From Convolutriloba macropyga (taxonomy: Eukaryota): a DNA stretch of 64,000 bases. The notes below the pieces were generated by a model. That model was not told the DNA's origin, ran no database searches, and saw only the letters and a list, made by a program, of their open reading frames with translations. Where the stretch lies: the NCBI RefSeq assembly GCF_964194025.1, contig NC_134481.1:35092001-35156000 (forward strand), in the 5' to 3' direction. How positions within the stretch are numbered: the stretch's first letter is position 1; each line of letters starts with the position of its first letter. The position numbers were made by a program, and so were the translations under genes. Below are positions 19,301 to 34,300 of this stretch, piece after piece.

Positions 19301-22300
19301 GGCTGCACGGAGCCCTAACGGCTTGAACAATGTGCAGGGATGGGGACGGGGTGAAGTGAGAGGGGGCTGATGTGGGGGTTGTTGGGTGGGGGGTTGTGGG
19401 TTAACCTCTAAGAACCGCCATTTACACCATTAGCAAGTCTTCAAAAAAGTTTCTGTGAATCGCGTACTTGGAGACCAGCGAGTTGAAAGGCTCTAAGAAA
19501 ATTTAATGCGCGGTGCGCGCTACCTGTTGATCCCGTTTTTGAGGACGAAAAGTCAAATGAATCAAACGAAAAATCGGCAGACCGACAGGCCTAATATAAT
19601 TGCTCCAAACTACGCTTGAGAGCCATTAAACGAAAGAGCGTCAGACGACGAAACAAAAAAACAAAAGCACTGTAATAGAGCTCCACTTAGCTTACAGCTT
19701 CGCAGCTATAACAAAGACAAAAAAAGCAAAAAACGGTATTTTTTTCACACAAAACTGTTTCATTTATTTCCTTAAAGTATGGCCCATCAAACATTCAGTT
19801 GTCACCTCTTAAAAGCCATTCAAGTAACATATCTTAAATACGACAGCGACTAATTTATAGCCTTTAAGAGACTGCCAGCGGTTATTAAAAATGGACATAT
19901 TGTAAGCAATACAAATTAACTCAAAGCCGTAGAATTTAGAATTTTTCCCACCCCAGCTCAAGAAAAAGAAACTTATAATGCAGACTGAATAATTACTTGG
20001 TACTTTATCAATAGCCCTCTTGCAACAAGAAATGCGACACTAGGAAGAGAAAAACATCTTTAGAACCATTTTATTTCAGTGGGGTTTGAGTTTTAGATAA
20101 TATATTTCCTGCCTTACACTTTAAGTCAGACCAAAAGCCCAGGATTTCAGCCTTGCTTTTTAAAACTTCAATTGCCCGTGACTGTATAACCATCCTAACG
20201 ATTATGAACACGCATATTCAAGCTACCAAACATTTCTTCATTGCCATATTCCAGAGAAACTTGGGAACAGATCGGCTGATCTCATAGTGCTTCAATGGTG
20301 CAATTTTCTCACTTTCTTAAAGCTACTAATATTTTCAATCACTAGCTGTTTGAGAGATATTCAGTTTTATATAGTTATCATAAATTATATCAGGTGAACT
20401 TCTAATTCCTCGTCAAACTAGTTCATATCACACCAAGACAATTTATTGTTGTTAAAACTCAATGCATTAATATTGTTACACTTCCCGCTAACATGATTAT
20501 TATACATCATCAAGTAATTTCAAAACGAAGCTGTCACTGCTTGCTCGATGAACTTTGATAGCTTATGCTGAAAGCCAGGGTCAGTCATTTTCGAACAGAA
20601 TTCAATTTACAACAATTGGAGAGAACAAATAGACAAGGTTCAACAAACTTTCTTTGATGAATTACAACTGAACTAATATTAGAACCTGTGCTATTTATAA
20701 ACATAGAACTCAATGTTGATATGTCCTAAAAGCAAAGCTATTTGGGAACAACAAATTTTTTGTCCATCTCGAATGGAAAAGTAGTTCACATTTGAAACCG
20801 GAGCAAAGTTTTTTGAAATTAGCCACGTATTCAATTTAGGACACCTTTATATTTTTTAAGTGAAGGTTTGAAACAGCTGCACAATATAAGAACAACCCAA
20901 TCAATTGTTCTTCATTTCACAAAAGTTTGAAAGTTCGAAAAGATAATTAGCTATTTTACATACTATAATACCGCCTAGCAGGTGAGTAGCTATTTTAGAT
21001 ACCGACCAGCAGGTGAGCATGGGGGACAGCAGGGGGTGGTGTTGAAGCGACAGGGGACGAGGAAGGAGGTAGAAGTGGGGAGGAATAAGCTGGGGGGGGG
21101 GGTTGCTGAGGAGGATATGTCTCATAAAATTTGGTGAATAGCAATTTTGGTACTTAGAGGCTAGTGAACCGTAAGGCTCTCTAAGTTAACTTAATGCCCT
21201 CCGGGCTTTACCTGTTTATCCCGTTATTGATGACAAAAAGGCAAATGGAAAGACGAAAAATTCGACCAAACAAAATTTCAAAAGTACAAAATTACATTAA
21301 CATAGCCGGCAGATTGGCCGAATAGCTGCGAAAGAAGAGACTTGCGTGCCGTATAATAGAGATAGAAACAGATACAGATCTAAATTGAAAAAAATCGACG
21401 CCGCTCAAAAAGCTAGGTAAAAAAGACGCCGCTCATTCAGCGATAAACTAATATAGCTTGTTAAAATTTATTCCGCAGAAGCCTTTTATTAGGGACCTTT
21501 ACTGCACATATGAGTTCTTTTGACCTTAAACTAACTCAAATAAGTTTTAAAGTGCAAAAGTCATTTTATTGAAATGGGGTAAGTCACGTATGATCTAAAT
21601 CTAATCACGCAAATGATCTTAAAACCTTTGCTAGAATGAGAATGAGAAATGACGTCACGCACGCAAACACCGTTAGTGAGAGGAAGAAGTCATTCAGAAA
21701 ATTTGACTTTATCAGCTTTGCTGTGTGAACAAATGTAAAACGAAAAAGAGCGTCAGACGACGAAACAACGAAACATAGCAGGACAAGTCCTGACGTACAA
21801 TTCAAAGAATTCTTATTGACCATACAAACAACTGGACGTAGAAAAGACTGAGTGAATTTAGAAAACCATTTCTACATAATCAGATCAAAAAACAAAAAAA
21901 AAAACAGTAAATGTCAAAAGGCCGCATGTGAACAAAAATCCAGTAGCGAGAAATGGAAAATCAGTCAAACAGAAAACTAGGCCTAGAGGGAACTATGAAT
22001 GGATTAGGAAAACCAACTAGAAAAGAATCCGATCCAAAAATTCGAAAAAAAACAGTAAAAATCTAAGTGGAATTGCCGAATGAGAAAAACCACCAGCGAA
22101 AAAGCGAATTTTTGTTTGTTCTTACACCGTTTTCTCACTCTACTTTAAAAAAAGCGAAAAAACTCAAGCCGCAAAACCAGTCAATTTTTGCTCCACTTCC
22201 TGTTTCGGTGTGACCAAAATTACTACTCCAATTTGACTTCAAAAATCATGAAAATGTGTGAATAATCTTAAAAAAAACATCCGGAAGAATTCCAAAAGCG

Positions 22301-25300
22301 ACTCGAAGCTTCAAAGCTTCAAAACAACGTAATTACAGCTGAAACCACTACCTTTTGAATTAAACCATTAGCTCATTACCTCCACTGGTCTGATCTAAAA
22401 ATTGGTGAAATATAAACCACTGTCACCAAGAGAAAAAAATGTCACCAGACAAAAAAAGAGAAAGTGCTCAAATTTAAGAATCAGAAAACCACTACAATTA
22501 TATTTCTAATCACTGTAATTAAAAAAAGAACAACACATACTTCTTACTTATTGTATATATTCTAGACATGATTTCATACTAATTCAAAAATTAAATTAAT
22601 CAAAGAAAAGAAATAAGCAACAGAAAAATCAAACGCAAAAAATCGTTTAAAAACAACACCAAGGCCGGAAGATAATTGCAATAGAAAGTAATATGTGGAA
22701 TTTTTGGAAAAAAAACTTCTAGCAAACTCTCAGTACTGCCTTATGTTGAATGAAATCAATTGCAAACCAAAGAAATGACAAAAATCTAAGAAAAAGCTGA
22801 AATCATTCAATTTTTTAACAACTGAAAAAAATCAATATAACGAATATAAATGTAGGTGCCAGGATAAAGCTAGAATGATACAAACTAGGATGTGAAGAAT
22901 ATGGACACAATGTAAGGAACACCGTAACGAAATGACTCATTAAAAATCAAATTGAAAAAATCAAGAAAAACAAATACATTTCATTGTTCAGCATTCGAGA
23001 CATAGAAAAGAAAACGAGTCATCCGAGACAAAGATGCAACCTCCTGAACAAAACAAAAAAAGAAAAAGCAGAAGTCAAACATTGAAACATTTCGCAAAAA
23101 AATTTTTTTGTGAAAAATTTTAACTGTTTTTCGAAAACTTAACGCCAAAAAATTTTTATTGAAACGAAATTCAAAATTTTCATTGAAACGAAATTCAAGC
23201 CCCTCATTTTTCACAAAAAGACTTTCTATTAATTAAAACCAAAATACAAAATTTGAGAAAAACTGAAAAAAAACTATCGAAATCGGATTAGCATATGTAG
23301 TTTTAAAAAACAAAAATACATCGAGGTAGAAAGAGGCGTTGAGTATATAAAATATCAAAAGGAAGTTGCCATATTAAATGATTTGTGACAAAAAGACGGC
23401 TTAAAGATTCGAAAATAAAGAAACTAATAGAAATAAAAGCAAAAATTAACTAAAAAATCAAGAAATATGTGCCAATTTTGAACTTCGAACGCATTTTCAG
23501 GCTCTGCAAAACACTGTGGTATCAATTTCCGAGGTCTACATTTCAATATAGCATCGAATAAGAAACTGGGCCACTTGGATGAAAAAACGGCTAAAAACGA
23601 TTATCTATATGTGCCATTTAGTCAAAAACTACTTTTCAAAGTCAAAAAGTCATTCACTAAACGCCGAGCATGATCGAAAAACTTCTCTCGCTCAGAAAAA
23701 CTGGTTCACAAGGCAATTTTATTCACTTTCGCTTTTAGGTCAAAACATCGTCTGAACGAATAGTACTTCCGGTAAAAAAACCTGAAAACCAATACTCCTC
23801 TTCGAGTCGTAAAAAAAAGACAGCGCCCCAATAATTCAATTTCTTTGAATTGTAAAAAACCAAGAGCACCGCAATATAGCTCCACTCAGCTTACAGCTTC
23901 GCAGCTACAAAAAAAGACCAGCACGACTAATATGATTGCGACAAACTTAGTTTGAGAGCAACTAAGAACACAAAACATAACCGACTAACGTCGGGCCAAT
24001 TGCTCTCAAACGACCGGCGAGCGGTTGGCTTCGGTAGTAGCCAGCTGGAGCTTAGGGATGCCATCATTGGGGGTGTGTGAGCGAAGTGAGGTTGGGGAGG
24101 GGGTTCAAGTGATGGGGGTAGAGTTGAGGAAGAGCTGGACGAGGAGGGTCCAAATCGCAAGGTTAAAGGAGGGTAGACGGGGGGAGTAGGGGAGTATCAG
24201 AAGGGGGGGGGGGGACTGCGGTTTGGGGGTGACTGAGGGGGAGGGGTCAAGGGACTTTTCGGTGAATCGCATACTTAGAGACTAGTAAGGCTCCAAGAGA
24301 GCTGCTCAGCCACTTAATGCACTCCGGGCGCTACCTGTTTTTCCCGTTTTTTAGGACGAAAGGTCTTTACATCTTCTTTGTGCCATCGAGCATTCCAACT
24401 TATTTTACCCACTGCTGAAGCTGATTTTTCTTTTGTGCTTTTTTCCGTTCTTCATCTGCTGCTCATTCTTCTCTGTAATGTCATGATTAAATCATTTGCC
24501 GACGGTTTTCGTTTGACTTTCGGAACATTATGGCGTTGTCGGCAAATATGTAATGGTTAAGTGACTTTGCCTGAAGTCACTGAGAACTTCTGGCGTTTAT
24601 CGAGAACCGCAAAACGGTTCGAGATATTAAATCAGAATTTCGAAGTGACTTCTCCAGAGTCACTCAACCATGCTCAAAACAGGAAACGCGCACGTTTTAA
24701 AATGACGAAAGTCAACGAAATTCAACTTCTGGCTAAGTAGAAACTTCTGGCATTTTGACTTCTGTCTGGCACTGCAGACTTTGGGCATTTTAAAATGTGC
24801 ACGTGAGTGTTTTAAGTGATATTCCACTTCGCTCATCGTTTCAATAAACTTCTTCATTATGAACTTTTCGGCTGTTTTCTGAAAAGCTAGATTGCTTCTT
24901 GATCCGGAGTGCATTGGGCAAGATTGAAGACTGCTACGAGTTCTGTTTCAAACCAGAGTGTTGAAACCTTTGTGAAATAACCCTTTAATTCTTTACTCCT
25001 GATGGTGGTCCCCCCATTGGGTTTACTAGTCCGGATCTCCAGTTGTCTTAGGAAACTGACTCTCGAACGACAGGCGGGGCTATTCAATTTAAAGGGGCGC
25101 ATGTTTTAAATAATAATAATAATTGTGGTTTCTGCGTAATCGCAGCGGAACAGCATTAGGCCTACAGTAGCCTGTTTTCAGCTGCCCTTTTTTCTTATTA
25201 GTCCCCACATTTCAGACTGATCTTTTCATAGGTGATCATTTTAAGGGTGCATTTCAGACTGATCATTTTAAGGGTGCAAAAAACAGAACCCACAGAGGTT

Positions 25301-28300
25301 CGAACCACGTGCCTCCAAGATGTCAGTCTGACATCTTAGATTACTCAAAAATGAAGGATTCAACCTAGAAAAACTCACTCGAGTGAAAAGTTAAAGAATG
25401 TGTAGAACAAGAGTGCAAAAAACGGTCAAGCAAAAATTTTGCATAAAAACCGCGTTTGCAATAATTACTTAAACTTCGTCCGAGATCAATTTATCATTTA
25501 ATTTAAATTTGAGCTTATCTAATCTACGGTGCTAGGTAAATCGCAAGTTCGATGGCCTGAGCAGACTCGGTTAGACTCACTGGTAACTCTAATGCCTGTT
25601 TGAAGAAGGAGCGGAGGGCAATGATGATGATGGCACCCAGCACTGTATATGGACAGGAGTACATCAGAGGACCAGCACAGATCATCACCACCAACATAAC
25701 ACCACTAAACATCAATAACTGTCACAGCATAGCACTTAGAGGCAGAAATAAAGATAATGCTGCGCAACCTCTGCCTTTCCGAGAAAACAAACGAACAACA
25801 AAAATAATTTTGTCGCCATTTTAAATTATATCCCTTACCGACACATGCTATCAATTCTTACGCTCAAAATTTTAGCAAACAAAATTTTTCAGCTTGTTTA
25901 AAAAAAACTTTCAGCTATTTTATAATTTTGATGCTTGGATCAATTTTTTTAAAGAGCTCGCGAAGTTTCGGCATTCGTATATCTTATGCCAAAAATTTTA
26001 CAATTTCAGGGGCAAATTTTAAATTTAGTAGTCAGATAACCAGAAAGCATCTTAGATTTTACATAATTGCAGGTAGGAAACCTTCGAATGCCATTAGGGG
26101 GGTTGAACCAATTAAAGATAAGCTATCCGGCTGACTTCCGGCAAACTGTTCTCAAACGACTGGCAGCGGTTATTCGTAGCTTGCTTAAGCAAGAGCCGCC
26201 ATAATTTCGCTACGGGTATTAATGATGTTTGCTATCGAGCAGTTTCTTAATTTTGATTGCATTTAGAACAAAGAGATGATACTCCTGATGAAATTCTATT
26301 CAGTAGACGCAGTGAGTTAGATCAGGTAGTAAGCTTAAGCAAAAATAATTGGCATAACAAAAGACTTGAGCAGAAAGCGAAAAACTCACGAAAGACAAAA
26401 CATGATATATAATCTAGTTAAAAAAATCTAAAACCTACCTGAAGACAGTTACCGAAGTTACAATAATAACCACATTAAAAAAATAAAACAGAAGAATCCT
26501 CAAGTAACTTTTAAACAACTGGATAAACAACTGATTTAAACAACTTTTAAACGTTAGCTCTCTGATGCAGTAAAAACGCCAAAAGAAAGTCAAAATTAAG
26601 TTAAAAACGTCAAAATTCGGATTGTGCTATTACTAACGTCTGAAACTGGAAAGAGAAGAATAAGTCAGTATTATTACAAAAACTGTAAAAAGTAAAAATC
26701 CTTCAATCTTTCGAATAATTCCGTTCATTAAAATTTGAAAAAGAAAACCGCCACAACAAACTTTTAAACAAAAACAGACGCAGTACTTCTAAAATCTCCA
26801 AAAATGCAAAGCCGATAAAGGCAAAAAAAACTAGAAAACAGTAAAATCAAAAAAATATATTGGTGAAACATACCCTCTTAGAGCTTCAAAAAGAAACAAC
26901 AACGGGATAGAACCTGAAGTATAACAGAATTAAATCGAAAACACCCTTTTCACTATGAACTAGACTGCCCAACAAAGAATTATGCTTTGCGGGAGCATCT
27001 CCTTCAACTAATAGGCTAGAAAATCCAACTTAAAAACTGCACTGTATGATGTTCTGGGGCTTTGCCAATCTATTCTATTTCTATAATCCATGTCTTTCCA
27101 AAAAAATGACCAGTACAATCAAATTATTGCAGAGTAAACAAAACCAGTTTCAAAAAAATGACCACAAAATTGTTGACCTTCTTGGTGCCAATGAGTCACA
27201 AAACAAAAACTGCGAGGTCAAAATTTTCCACATGAATGCAGACTTTACCTCTAAAAGATTCAAGACTTCAGCTCAGAAAGTACAAAACTTAGAAGACATT
27301 CAAAATTACATAAGTTATTGCGAAATGGTCGATTTCATTCAAACTTGTGTCTTCGAAAACAAATTGTCTTGCCTAATCTACGGAACAGCTAAAGTGCAAG
27401 CTAGCAGACATATGGTTGGAAATTAGAGAAATCAAGCAAAAACGAAAAAAGTTTTTGAAAAACTAGACAAAATTTGCATACGTTTTTGAAGCTCACGTCG
27501 CCGATGCAAAATAGATGCTGCTAAAATCTGTCCATTGAACCACACAAAAGCTTCAAAAAAGCTACCAATGCCCCTCAAAAAAGAAAACTTAAAGGCCAAA
27601 ATTTTCCAAAAAAACAATGAGAAGTAAATGGAGCGTGCACAACGCCTTTATGACCTCAGCGTCAATTAAAGATCTTTTAAACACAAACTCAAACATAACC
27701 GGAAAATTGCCGGAATGTAGTCACCGGTGACCCACTTGACGCACAAATGGGATTGAAACAGAAAAACAGCCTGCGCATTGACGGAAAGTAGCTGCGATAG
27801 ACGATTGCGGCCTTCCATGGAATTGAAACAACTAAAGAAATGAGATAGACAAATTGACAACCAGGCCTTTAATAGACCACTAGACCTTTTGGGACAACCG
27901 CTTTACAAGGATAAATCCCATCAGACCTTTTTCAAATTTAATATTCGAAATCAAGAACTCAAGATTCTAATACTTAAGAATAAGGGCATATACGTTTGGC
28001 ACTACTTAGATGCATACTACTGATCTTTCACTAAATTTAATGTTCCTTAAGTGAGATCAGCAGTCACTTTTTTTGCGTGAGATAAGTCAAGCCATTTGGC
28101 CTAAAAGCAGAGCAAGAAACGTCACGCACACAAATTTTAACTGCGAAGCAGTAATCACTGAAACTGAAAATGTCAATGGTCGCAGGAATCATCGATGAAG
28201 ACAAGGAATTAAAAAACACGCTTCGCAGTTATCAAAAACATAGCCGGCATATTGCCGGAGTAGCTGCCAAAGAATACACTTGTGTGCCGTATAATATAGT

Positions 28301-31300
28301 TAGAAACATACAGATATAAAATGATAGAAACCGACAGAATTTTTTTAAGTGTTAAAGAGATCTTTTTGGTGTGTAAATTCTGCAAATTCGTTAAAATTCT
28401 AAAAAACGATTAATTCAGCTTCTAAAGTGAAGGCTATTAAGCATAATATCGATGCCAGATGGCAATCGCGTTAATCAACTTTGATAACCTAATGCATTAT
28501 GACTTAATGACAGGGCTAATAAGTTTATACCGTTTCTTTTGATTTTGATCTTTGGCTTTGACAATATTCACTAGAGTACGTAATTCAATACGTGAAAAAA
28601 TTTTGTATCCATTCAGTTGAAACAGTGAGTGAATTAGGTCAGAAGTCAAGCGTGAAAATCGTGACTTACATAAAACAAAAGGTAAAGCGAAATGAAAAAA
28701 AAGGAGGGCTTCTATATAATAGCCGTTGAAAAGTTGACGGCAGCTATTAAAAAAATGACAATAAACGCGAAAAAGTGCACAATTTTGGGCTTAAATGTCA
28801 AGAAAAACCTTCTCACATCGATTTCAGGCCCGCTCACCAATTTCACCACAAATAGCAATTGACAAAGAGTACTAAATAGCAACAGCAATCAATTATTTGC
28901 AACAGCCCCTGTAATAGTTATTTTCGTTGATTAAACGACAAACAGATAATAGTTAAAACAAAAAATAGACACAATGTAAACAGAAGAGAGAAACCAAATG
29001 AAGAAAGGAGACATCAAAATCTACAAAAACACTTTACAAAAACACGTTACAAAGCTAACCCCCTACGTCACAATGAATGTTCTGTAAAAATCAATGAAAT
29101 ACTCGCTGTATAATGTTCTGGGGCTTCGCCAACCTATTCTATTTCTATAATCCATGTCTTTCTTTTGAAAATGCCCAGTACAATCAAATTATTGCAGAAT
29201 AAACAAAACCATAGTTTCAAAAAAGTCACCTGAACAGAAGGCTCGGCTGCCAACACACAAAATTATCAATCAGGTCATGTTTTTTTTGAAAAAAAGTTAC
29301 GCAAATGTACCAATGAGTCGACGTTCACCCTCAAAAATTAGTATTTTGAGGTCATGAAAACACCCTTGTTTTCATGACCTCAAAATTGTTGAAAAATTAC
29401 GTAAATTGACGGAAAAAATACATACATTAATCGTAACTTCAAAATGCAAACAGATTTTGGATTATCAGAGAATATCAAGGGGCCAGCAGACGCAGCAAAA
29501 ACAAAGTTAAAACAAAACATTAAGGAAGGCTCGCCAAAAATGCTGCACAGTTGCCAGACCTTCTTGGTGCCAATGAGTAAAAACAAAAATTGAGAGGTCA
29601 AAATTTTCCACATGAATGCAGAATTTACCTCCAAAAAGATTCAAGACTTCAGCTCAGAAAGTACAAAACTTAGAAGACATTCAAAATTACATAAGTTATT
29701 GCGAAATGATCGATTTCATTCAAACTTGTGTCTTCGAAAACAAATTGTCTTGCCTAATCTACGGAACAGCTAAAGTTCAAGCTAGCAGACATCTGGTTGG
29801 AAATTAGAGAAATTAGGCAGAAACGAAAAATTTTTATAAAACTAGCCAAAATTTGCATACGTTTTTGAAGCTTACGTCGCCGATGCAAAATAGATGCTGC
29901 TAAAATCTGTCCATTAAATCACACAAAAGCTTCAAAAAAGCTACCAATGCCCCTCAAAAAAGAAAACTTAAAGGCCAAAATTTTCCAAAAAATAATTAGA
30001 AGTGGAGCGTGCACAACGCCTTTATGACCTCAGCGTCAATTAAAGATCTTTCAAACACAAACACAAACATAACCGGAAAATTGCCGAAATGTAGTCGCCG
30101 GTGACCCACTTGACGCACAATGAGATTGAAAACGAAAAACAGCCGGCGGATTGACGGAAAATAGCTGCGATAGACGATTGTGGCCTTCCATGGAATTGAA
30201 ACAATTTTAGATTATCAGTGAATATCAAGGGGCCAGCAGACGCAGGAACAACAATAAAAGTTAAACAAAACATTTAAGAAGACTTGCAAAAAATTATGAA
30301 GAACTGCCAGACCTTCTTGGTGCCAATGAGTCACAAAACAAAAACTGCGAGGTCAAAATTTTTGACATGAATGCAGACTTTACCTCTAAAACATTCAAGA
30401 CTTCAGCTCAGAAAGTACAAAACTTAGAAGATATTCAAAATTACATAATTTATTGCGAAATGGTCGATTTCATTCAAACTTGTGTCTTCGAAAAAAAATT
30501 GTCTTGCCTAATCTACGGAACAGCTAAAGTGCAAGCTAGCAGACATCTGGTTGGAAATTAGAGAAATTAAGCAAAAACGAAAAAATTAAAAAAAAACTAG
30601 CCAAATTTGCATACGTTTTTGAAGCTAACGTCGCCGATACAAAATAGATGCTGCTAAAATCTGTCCATTGAACCACACAAAAGCTTAAAAAAAGCTACCA
30701 ATGCCCCTCAAATTAGAAAACTTAAAGGCCAAAATTTTCGAAAAAACAAGGAAGTGGAGCGTGCACAACGCCTTTATGACCTCAGCGTCAATTAAAGATC
30801 TCTTAAACACAAACTCAAACATAACCAGAAAATTGCCGGAAAGTAGTCGCCGGTGACCCACCCACTTGACGCACAATGGGATTGAATTAAAAAACAGCCG
30901 GCGGATTGACGGAAAATAGCTGCGAAAGACAATTGCAGTCTTCCATGGAATTGAAACAACTAAAGAAATGAGATAGACAAATTTACCACCAGGCCTTTAA
31001 TAGACCACTGGACTTTTTGGGTTAGATTAGGACTGTCATTTTAATGAGATACAAACGCTTTATAAGGACAAAAACCCATTAGAGCTTTTTCAAACTTGAT
31101 ATTTAAAATCAAGAACTCAAGATTCTAATACTTAAGAATAAGGGCATATACGTTTGGCACTTCTTAGATGCACAGTATTGATCTTCAACTACTAAAAATT
31201 CTCTATATTTTGGGCTTAAATGTCAAGAAAAACCTTCTCATATCGAATTTAGGCCCTCTCACCAATTTGACCACAAATAGCAATTGACAAAGAGTACTAA

Positions 31301-34300
31301 ATAGCAACTGCAATCAATTATTTGCAACAGCCCCTGTAATACAGTTATTTTCGTTTATTAAACGACAAACAGATAATAGTTAAAACAAAAAATAGACACA
31401 ATGTAAACAGAAGAGGGAAACCAAATGAAGAAAGGAGACATCAAAATCTACAAAAACACTTTACAAAGTTTCCAAAAAGCTAACCCCCTACGTCACAATG
31501 AATGTTCTGTAAAAATCAACGAAATACTCGCTGTATAATGTTCTGGGGCTTTGACAACCTATTCTATTTCTATAATCCATGTCTTTCTTTTAAAAATGCC
31601 CAGTACAATCAAATTATTGCAGAATAAACAAAACCATAGTTTCAAAAGAAGTCACCTGAACAGAAGGCTCGGCTGCCAACACACAAAATTATCAATCAGG
31701 TCATGTTTTTTTTAAAAAAAGTTACGCAAATGTACCAATGAGTCGACGTTCACCCTCAAAAATTAGTATTTTGAGGTCATGAAAACACCCTTGTTTTCAT
31801 GACCTCAAAATTGTTGAAAAATTACGTAAATTGACGGAAAAAATACATACATTAATCTTAACTTCAAAAAAATTCAAACAAATTTTAGATTATCAGAGAA
31901 TATCAAGGGGCCAGCAGACGCAGCAAAAACAAAGTTAAAACAAAACATTTAAGAAGGCTCGCCAAAAAGCTGCAGAGTTGCCAGACGTTCTTGGTGCCAA
32001 TGAGTAAAAACAAAAATTGCGAGGTCAAAAATTTCCTCATGAATGCAGACGTTAGCTCCAATAAGATTCAAGACTTCAGCTCAGAAAGTACAAAAATTAG
32101 AAGAACTTCAAAATTACATAACTTATTGCGAATTGGTCGATTTCATTCAAGCTTATGTCTTAAAAACGAAATTGTCTAGCCTAATCTACAGAACAACTAA
32201 AGTGCAACCTGGCAGACATCTGGTTGGAAATTAGAGAAATTAAGCAAAAACGAAAAAATTTAAAAAAAACTAGCCAAAATTTGCATACGTTTTGGAAGCT
32301 TACGTCGCCGATGCAAAATAGATGCTGCTAAAATCCGTCCATTAAACCACACAAAAGCTTCAAAAAAGCTACCAATGCCCCCATCAATAGAAAACTTAAA
32401 GGCCAAAATTTTTCAAAAAAACAATGAGAAGGAAGTGGAGCGTGCACAACGCCTTTATGACCTCAGCGTCAATTAAAGATCTCTTAAACACAAACTCAAA
32501 CATAACCTGAAAATATCCGGAATTTAGTCGCCGGTGACCCACTTGACGCACAATGGTATTGAATTAAAAAACAGCCGGCGGATTGACGGAAAATAGCTGC
32601 GATAGACGATTGCAGCCTTCCATGGAACAAACAACTAAAGAAATGAGATGACAAATTGACCACCAGGCCTTTAATAGACCACTATACTTTTTGGGTTAGA
32701 TTCGGACTGTCATTTTAATTTAATGAGATACGAACGCTTTATAAGGACAAAAACCCATTAGAGCTTTTTCAAACTTAATATTCAAAATCAAGAACTCAAG
32801 ATTCTAATACTTAAGAATAAGGGCATATACGTTTGGCACTACTTAGATGCACACTATTGATCTTAACTACTAAAAGTTCAATAAATTTAATGTTCCTTAT
32901 GTGCGATAAGCAGTCACTTTTTTGGGTGAGATGAGTCACGCCATTGACCTAAAAGCAGAGCAAATAACGTCACGCACACAAATTTTAACTGCAAAGCATT
33001 AGTCACTGAACTGAAAAAGTCAATGGTCGCAAGAGTCATCGATGAAGACAAGGAATTTTAAAAAAAAACACGCTTCGCAGCTACCAAAAATATAGCCTGC
33101 AAATTGCCGGAGTAGCTGCAAAAGAATACACTTGCGTGCCGCATAAAACAGTTAGAAACATATACAGATATAAAATGAGAAAATCGCCGCTCAAAAAGCT
33201 ATCTAAAAAACATTTGGCGATAAATTATTGAAGCTTGTTAAAACTCATTGCGCAGATAGTGGCTATTATAGAACACATCGAATTAAAACTACATCGATTC
33301 CCCCAATAATAGCTGCTATCACTTGGCCTCTATTAAATTAAGAGATAGAAATCTACAGAATTTTTTTAAAAGTTAAAGTGATCTTATTTAGTGTGTAAAT
33401 TCTGCAAATTCGTTAACGTTCGAATGCATTATGACTTAATGACAGAGCTTTAACTTTATACCGTTTCTTTTGATTTTCATATTTGACTTTGACCATATTC
33501 ACTACAGTACGTAATTCAATACGTGAAAAAATTTAATATCCATTCAGTTGAAACAGTGAGTAAATTAGGTCAGAAGTCAAGCGTGAAAATCGTGACTTAC
33601 ATAAAACAAAAACAAAAGGTAAAGCAAAATTAAAAAAGGAGGGCTTCTAAAAAATAGCCGTTGAGAAGTTGACGGTGGCCATTAAAAAACTGACGAAAAA
33701 CGCGAAAAACTGCACAATTTTGGGCTTAAATGTCAAGAAAAACCTTCTCATATCGAATTTAGGCCCTCTCACCAATTTGACCACAAATAGCAATTGACAA
33801 AGAGTACTAAATAGCAACTGCAATCAATTATTTGCAACAGCCCCTGTAATACAGTTATTTTCGTTGATCAGACGACAAACAGACGCTAGAAAAAACAAAA
33901 AATAGACACAATGTAAACAAAAGGGAAACCAAATGAAGAAAGGAAACATTAAAATCTACAAAAAAACTTTACAAAGTTTCCAAAAAGCAAAACCCCTACG
34001 TCACAAGGAATGTTCTATAAAAATCAATGACATACTCGCTGTTCAGTCAAAGACACGTCTACGAACCGACTCGCCATCCTTAAATAAGGAACGATAGGAT
34101 AAAAAATCTGAAAAAACGAAATTTAGTGAAAACTGTCAAATCTAACAATCAAATGCTTCTTATTGGTACAGAACAATCAACGACTAGTTTTGCGACTGAA
34201 CAGAAAAAATTACAGCCAAATTCTCAACAGCAGAAGTTGGCTGGCAAAAACACAAAAAAAACAGGAAAACAACTAATTAACGTCCGAAGAATTGCTCTCG

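Noticed and set aside
27046-32234. Repeated ORFs (..FKTSAQKVQNLEDIQNY..) as a small gene family
   Set aside because: They sit inside intronic duplicated blocks, have inconsistent starts, and show no domain or splice support.
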